From an uncultured delta proteobacterium (lineage in GTDB: Bacteria; Myxococcota_A; UBA9160; SMWR01): a stretch of 64,000 nt of DNA. The stretch lies in NCBI GenBank assembly GCA_963832165.1, contig CAWHTE010000003.1, positions 576,001 through 640,000 of the forward strand, in the 5' to 3' direction. Position numbers and translations under genes: made by a program. Positions 59,303-64,000 of this stretch are shown in pieces (within the stretch, counting starts at the first letter, position 1; every line of letters starts with the position of its first letter). The notes below the pieces were generated by a model. That model searched no databases. It was not told the DNA's origin and worked only from the letters and a program-made list of their open reading frames with translations.

Positions 59303-60262
59303 ATGATCCACTACGCGGATCCGCCGATCCTGTTGCGCGATGTCCTCGACGACGTGCATGCCGCTGAGGTGCTGCTCGCGCGCGCCGCTCCCTACACACC
59401 GCTCGGTGGCTGGTACCGGCCCGATGCCGACCCTGATGCCGCCACCAACCCGCTCTGGTTCCAGAACGACTGGGTGCACGCCGATCTGCGCGTGCCCGGC
59501 TCCGAGCTCTTCCTGCACCACCCGCGCGTGATCCAGGCCGCACGCGATTTCTACTGCGCCGACGTCGTGCTGCCGCATAGCGTTTACGCAAACGTGATGG
59601 TCGCACTCGACCGCGCCGGCCCTGCGCACACCGACAACCCGCGCTTTCAGGGCCGCGATCGCTCCAACACGCCCATGTGGCTGCTGCGGACGATGCTCTG
59701 GTCCGGTCTGTTCGACCGCTTCTCGATCGTGCAGGCGACCTCGATCTGGTGGATGAACGACGTGGTGGGCGGTGAGTTCCGCTATTGGCCCAAGGGTCCC
59801 GCCGCACCGCCCGATCGCCACGTCGGCGACATGGCCAACACGGCGCTGGTGGGCGACAACCACGGCATGTTCCACCAGGTGGGCCCGATCGGGCCCTTTG
59901 GGAAGGGTCTGCTGGTGAGCCCCCGCGCCGAGCTCGCTCCCGCCGCGGACGGCAGCGGCGAGTGGGAGGTCCGCGACCGCGGCGCACTGCGCTTCCGCGC
60001 TCCGCTCGGCGACTATCGCGTCAGCGTGCTGTGGAAGGCCGACGTCTATCCGAACGAGGCCGAACGCGCTCGGCAGTGTGCACAGCCACTTTCCCTCGCG
60101 GACGTGGCGCACGTATTCGACGCCGATCTCGCCGCGCGTCGCGAGCCGCTGCGCTTCGACCTCGCGCGTCTCGGCGATGCTGGATTCGCGAAGGCCGTGG
60201 CCGAGCTCTATCCCGAGGCCGCACCGCTCGACGCGTTGCCCTCGTTCTTCGATCCCGCCTGA
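59303..60262 (+). CDS. Hypothetical protein, possible Fe(II)/2OG oxygenase fold
   Basis: HTD...GGEF...MFHQV...R spacing consistent with an HxD...H triad. Confidence 0.55.
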   Translation: MIHYADPPILLRDVLDDVHAAEVLLARAAPYTPLGGWYRPDADPDAATNPLWFQNDWVHADLRVPGSELFLHHPRVIQAARDFYCADVVLPHSVYANVMVALDRAGPAHTDNPRFQGRDRSNTPMWLLRTMLWSGLFDRFSIVQATSIWWMNDVVGGEFRYWPKGPAAPPDRHVGDMANTALVGDNHGMFHQVGPIGPFGKGLLVSPRAELAPAADGSGEWEVRDRGALRFRAPLGDYRVSVLWKADVYPNEAERARQCAQPLSLADVAHVFDADLAARREPLRFDLARLGDAGFAKAVAELYPEAAPLDALPSFFDPA

Positions 60263-60280
60263 CCACGTGTTCGAGCGTCG

Positions 60281-60898
60281 TCACTCTTTTAGGTATGCAG
60301 TGAAGATGCGCACGGCGTGCGCGGTCACTTCCTTCTGTCTCTTCCTTGCCTGTGGACTCCCCACTCCGAGCAGGACTTTTTCGTGGATCTGCCCCTGGAC
60401 CATGGCGAGGAAGATCTCCGCATCGAGCTGCGGCTCGGGGGTACCCATGGCTGCCATCTGCCGGGTCACCATCGCCAGGGCAGCGTCGGTGAATTCTCTG
60501 GCAAACGCCTGCCCGAGGCCCTTCTCACCGGCGGCGTACGCGATGCGTTGCAGGGTCACGGATTCGGGCAGCAAGCAGCCGCGCAGGTAGTTCTCGGCCA
60601 GGCGCTGCAGGCGCTGCTCCCGCCCGAGGTCGTCGCGGATGCCCGCGAGCAGCAACGGTTCGACCATCGCCCCGAGGTGATCCATGGCTGCACTCAACAG
60701 GCCCGCCTTGTCGCGAAAGATCCGATAGAGCGTTTCCTTGGAGGCGCTGGCCGAAACCGCCACGGCGTTCATGCTGAACTTCTCGTACCCATCTCGCAGC
60801 AGGACGCGCAGGGTGTGCAGCAGAAGGTGTTCGCGCAGGCCCTCCTTGAGGGGACGGCCGCGCCGCGCCCGGGTCGCCTTGGCACCTTGACTCGTCAT
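60281..60898 (-). CDS. TetR/AcrR regulator
   Basis: GRP..., FSMNAVAVSASASKETLYRIFRDK. Confidence 0.88.
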   Translation of the reverse strand: MTSQGAKATRARRGRPLKEGLREHLLLHTLRVLLRDGYEKFSMNAVAVSASASKETLYRIFRDKAGLLSAAMDHLGAMVEPLLLAGIRDDLGREQRLQRLAENYLRGCLLPESVTLQRIAYAAGEKGLGQAFAREFTDAALAMVTRQMAAMGTPEPQLDAEIFLAMVQGQIHEKVLLGVGSPQARKRQKEVTAHAVRIFTAYLKE

Positions 60899-60910
60899 GG
60901 GAAGATTATA

Positions 60911-60929
60911 TACCGTACCATACGGTACG
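60911..60929. promoter_or_regulatory. Probable TetR operator between divergent genes
   Basis: Overlapping perfect IRs TACCGTA-CCA-TACGGTA and CGTACC-ATAC-GGTACG. Confidence 0.7.
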
Positions 60930-60964
60930 ATTAAGAGAGACTCTCGGACCCGGAGGCTCTTCCC

Positions 60965-61708
60965 ATGAACGACACGAGCGCGCTGCAATCCGCTTGGGAC
61001 TTCCTGCTTCTGCACGCCGGGGCGGAATTCATGAGCTCACCGGCGTTCATCCTCACCGCCGTCGTGTTGGGCGTATACGTTCCGGGCATCGTCTTTTCCA
61101 TCGTGGATGTCTTTGTTTCCCGGCGCCTGAGCCTCGCGGAGAGCTGGGCCGTCTATTGGCGGGCGATGAAGTGGTATTCCCTGGCCTACGTCGTCGGCAT
61201 GCCGATCATGCTGATCGTTCCGCTCCCGGTTTCGATCGCGGTACCCGCGGCCGCGCCGTCACCGTCCGAGTTCGTGACCGATCTGCTGCTGTACTTCTTC
61301 GTAGGCGACTTCGCGTCGTATGTGTGGCATCGCTTCGAGCATGCTCACGGCCTCTACGCAAAGAAAGTGCACTACTACCATCACACCGACAGGCCGCCCC
61401 TCAGCATCTGGACGGCGATGGTCGTCCACCCCGTCGAGGGCATCACGGTCTTCTCCTTCTTCCACATCTACGGGATCTTGTTCTCCATCCATCCATTCAC
61501 CTTCGCCGTCGCTGCGTTCACGATGACGGCGGTCACGATGATCACCCATTGCGGATACCGTCTGCCGGTCTACGACTGGTTCTTTGCCACCGCCAAGGGT
61601 CACTACCTGCATCATTCGCAACGAGAGCCGGTGAACGTGTCGGTGGTGCTGACCGTATGCGATCGACTGTTCGGCACCTATCGCAAGCCCACCATGGGTG
61701 CCTTGTGA
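60965..61708 (+). CDS. Sterol desaturase / fatty acid hydroxylase family protein
   Basis: His boxes HRFEH, HYYHH, HCG, HYLHH. Confidence 0.9.
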   Translation: MNDTSALQSAWDFLLLHAGAEFMSSPAFILTAVVLGVYVPGIVFSIVDVFVSRRLSLAESWAVYWRAMKWYSLAYVVGMPIMLIVPLPVSIAVPAAAPSPSEFVTDLLLYFFVGDFASYVWHRFEHAHGLYAKKVHYYHHTDRPPLSIWTAMVVHPVEGITVFSFFHIYGILFSIHPFTFAVAAFTMTAVTMITHCGYRLPVYDWFFATAKGHYLHHSQREPVNVSVVLTVCDRLFGTYRKPTMGAL

Positions 61709-61865
61709 CGGCGTCGAGCGGCCGGGTCGCGGCGTGAGTCCGATCGCGCCGGTGCGAGGAGATCGCGAGGAAACTCGGGGGCTGAGCCCCGCTCGGGTGC
61801 GATCCGTGATGGGAGCCTGGAGCGCTACACCACTGCGTGTCGAGCCAAGGGCAGGGGGAATGCGG

Positions 61866-61979
61866 CTAGGTGCAGCCGCGCAAGATGTACAACGTGAGCA
61901 GGATCGGGATCGGAATCCCGATCACCCAGAGCAGAATCCAGCCCACGGCTCCACTCTCACGGCGTTGTTCCTTCTTCAT
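61866..61979 (-). CDS. 37-aa small membrane protein not in the ORF track
   Basis: MKKEQRRESGAVGWILLWVIGIPIPILLTLYILRGCT*; GAGG RBS; upstream sigma54 site. Confidence 0.75.
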   Translation of the reverse strand: MKKEQRRESGAVGWILLWVIGIPIPILLTLYILRGCT

Positions 61980-62020
61980 GGGGTACCTCGCTGACTGGGT
62001 CAAGCCTGCAACTCGCAAGA

Positions 62021-62037
62021 TGCAAGTCGAGTGCCAA
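62021..62037 (-). promoter_or_regulatory. Sigma54 (-24/-12) promoter
   Basis: Minus strand TTGGCAC-TCGAC-TTGCA matches the TGGCAC-N5-TTGC consensus exactly. Confidence 0.75.
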
Positions 62038-62045
62038 GCACCCGT

Positions 62046-62777
62046 TCAGCCTCGGCGCCGTTGGCGCCGTCGGAGCCCCGCGAGCAGCAGCAGGCCGCTG
62101 CCGAGCATCGTGAGCGCACTGGGCTCAGGCATAACGCAGAGACCGTTCTCGACGCCGGGGTACCCGGCGGGGCAGTTGCTCGCGGTGGGGCCCGCCTCGT
62201 AGGGATACGACCCGATGAAGTTGCCGCCCATCGCGTAGTCGCAACCAAAGAAGTAGGCCGTGTACGAATTGCTGTAGCCGAATGCCGAGCCCGGACACAC
62301 CGCGAGGCCGCAGCCCACCCGATGCGTGTCGGCCCACACGAGCTGCGTGTAGTGGCCCACCGTATTGAGCGTAGATCTGTCGAAGGGGCCGTAGGTGTAG
62401 TCCGCGACCTCGTCGCCCCACAAACCCAGCGCGAAGTTCACGAGGTTGGGAGGGGAGCCGGTCGTCAGGTAGACCGCGAGATTCTCGCCGACGTAGGTAT
62501 TGCCTCCGACGAGCGCTCCGTACTCGCTGGTCCGGTTGGAGTTGTGGTCCCAGATGCACCGATCGACCCAGTTCTGGACCACCAGGGCGAGATCGTCGTC
62601 CCAGTCGAGCTTCACCATGTCGGTCGCAGTGGGCTCGTTGGCGACGAGGCCGGACGCCACGTCGGAGCGGATCTCGTTGTGTCCGTCGAGCGTCGCCTGT
62701 TCCTGCTGGAGCGTGAGATCGGCCGCCGCGGACGCGGCGACGAGTGTGCAGAGGACGGAGCAGAGCAGCGTCTTCAT
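62046..62777 (-). CDS. CAP (SCP/PR-1/CRISP) domain protein with PEP-CTERM tail
   Basis: Signal peptide, HNEIRS, GENL, GHYTQLVW, VGCG, CDY..GGN; C-terminal MPEPSALTMLGSGLLLLAGLRRRQRRRG. Confidence 0.88.
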   Translation of the reverse strand: MKTLLCSVLCTLVAASAAADLTLQQEQATLDGHNEIRSDVASGLVANEPTATDMVKLDWDDDLALVVQNWVDRCIWDHNSNRTSEYGALVGGNTYVGENLAVYLTTGSPPNLVNFALGLWGDEVADYTYGPFDRSTLNTVGHYTQLVWADTHRVGCGLAVCPGSAFGYSNSYTAYFFGCDYAMGGNFIGSYPYEAGPTASNCPAGYPGVENGLCVMPEPSALTMLGSGLLLLAGLRRRQRRRG

Positions 62778-62809
62778 CGGCGTGTCGCCGTTTCTAGGGG
62801 GACGTTGGC

Positions 62810-63361
62810 TCAGCGAAAGGTGTAACTCAGCTCGAGCATGTGCATGTCCACGCCCGTGCCGTTGGGGTAGATCTTGGCGTCGGACATGTGGGCCAGCCGA
62901 TAGCCGACGCCGAAGCCCCGGTAGACGGGAACGCGCAAGCCGAACGTCACCGCAACTTGGAAAGCCCCGCCGAAATTCTGCTCGCCGTACTTGTACCGGG
63001 TCAGGAGCGCGGCCCCTACGCCGAAATCCAGAGCGAGGATGCTGTCCTTGGGGCCGAAGGCGAGCAGGGGCACGATCGTCCCGACGAAGCCCGATTCCGA
63101 CGCGCCGGTGAGGACACCGGTCGTTCCCATCAGCCTCGTGCTGAACCCCCACCCGGATTCCCAATAGGTACTCCAGGGGAGCGACGCCGTGGCGAAGAGA
63201 TCGTATTGCTCGAAGTGTTCGTCCTCGTCTCCCCCGAACACGTTGAACCCGTCGACACCACCGCGGACACCCGCGTTCAACAGTTGAAAGTCGTCGGCGA
63301 GGGTCGATGCCGGGGCTGCGAGGAGCAGCACGAGGCAGAGTATCGGCCAGTGAAGTCGCAT
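62810..63361 (-). CDS. Lipid A 3-O-deacylase (PagL/acyloxyacyl hydrolase-like) beta-barrel
   Basis: NFGGAFQ, GYRLAHMSDA..YPNGTGVD, terminal YTFR. Confidence 0.75.
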   Translation of the reverse strand: MRLHWPILCLVLLLAAPASTLADDFQLLNAGVRGGVDGFNVFGGDEDEHFEQYDLFATASLPWSTYWESGWGFSTRLMGTTGVLTGASESGFVGTIVPLLAFGPKDSILALDFGVGAALLTRYKYGEQNFGGAFQVAVTFGLRVPVYRGFGVGYRLAHMSDAKIYPNGTGVDMHMLELSYTFR

Positions 63362-63392
63362 CCGGTCGGCGGTCCAGAGTCCGGTTGGGAGA

Positions 63393-64000
63393 TCAGCCCT
63401 GCGTGAGCGGCACGAGCCGGAGCTCGACGCGTCGGTTCTGCTGGCGGCCATCCTGCGTGTCGTTGCTCGCGACCGGGAAGCGCTCGCCGAAGCCCTCGGT
63501 GATCAGGCGCTGCGGCACGACCTGCCGCGACTTGAAATAGGCGGACACGCTCTCCGCGCGCTGCTCCGAGAGCACCTGGTTGTGCGAGTCGGATCCCGTC
63601 GCGTCGGTATGCCCCGTGATCTCGATCAGCGTCTTCTCGTACTCGTTCACCACGAGCACGACCGAGTCCAGCACGTCGTAGAAGTCGCCGCGGATCTCGG
63701 CGCGGTCGGTCGCAAAGGTGAGATTTCCGGGCATGTTGAGATAGATGTCGTTGCCCACGCGCTTCACCGAGACGCCGGTGCCCTGGAGCCGCTCGCGCAG
63801 CTTCTTCTCCTGGTAGTCCATGTAGCCGCCCACGGCGCCGCCCGCGAGTACGCCCACGCCCGCGCCGATCGCGGCGCCGCGCCCGCGGTTCTCCTCGTCG
63901 GCGATCGCGCCGATCGCCGCGCCCGAGGCGGCGCCGATCAGCCCGCCGATCGCGGTCTTGCTGATCTGGCGCTCTCCCGTGTACGGGTCGGTGGTGCAAC
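63393..64000 (-). CDS. OmpA family lipoprotein (YiaD-like), truncated at its 5' end by the window edge
   Basis: CTTDPYTG, glycine zipper, ITGHTDATGS..N..LSEQRA, NRRVEL. Confidence 0.9.
   Translation of the reverse strand, partial: CTTDPYTGERQISKTAIGGLIGAASGAAIGAIADEENRGRGAAIGAGVGVLAGGAVGGYMDYQEKKLRERLQGTGVSVKRVGNDIYLNMPGNLTFATDRAEIRGDFYDVLDSVVLVVNEYEKTLIEITGHTDATGSDSHNQVLSEQRAESVSAYFKSRQVVPQRLITEGFGERFPVASNDTQDGRQQNRRVELRLVPLTQG

Overview
High-GC, Gram-negative-type bacterial chromosome segment (TolC/RND, OmpA, PagL-like, TonB/ExbBD, exosortase and PEP-CTERM genes; a Myxococcota-like origin is a guess). From left to right: exosortase plus partner gene; nitrile hydratase beta/alpha with an atypical CTQCSCT metal site; a TPR / giant Dx[DN]xDG-repeat / TonB / ExbBD locus without a receptor; aroA, an aminotransferase, serA and purA; a glycan-modification cluster with an AsnB-GT4 fusion; a double-TetR-headed operon (NorD-like VWA, CbbQ/NorQ ATPase, orphan binding protein, AveC-like protein, SDR, ALDH, P450); CzcCBA-type efflux; two FG-GAP-type repeat proteins; a ~10.7-kb integrated element; lipid-modifying genes; a eukaryote-like CAP protein with PEP-CTERM; PagL; partial OmpA. 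The most notable feature is the element at 46357-57088. It is integrated in tRNA-Lys(TTT), duplicates the 5' half of the tRNA rather than the usual 3' part, and has matching arm-type sites, Prim-Pol plus helicase followed by an iteron-like array, TerS-like, TerL, prohead protease and an M41-like peptidase. It has no recognisable major capsid or portal gene, which makes it a candidate undescribed class of phage satellite. About ten single-base frameshifts in otherwise intact genes point to assembly indel errors. All family calls come from motif recognition by eye; no database searches were run.
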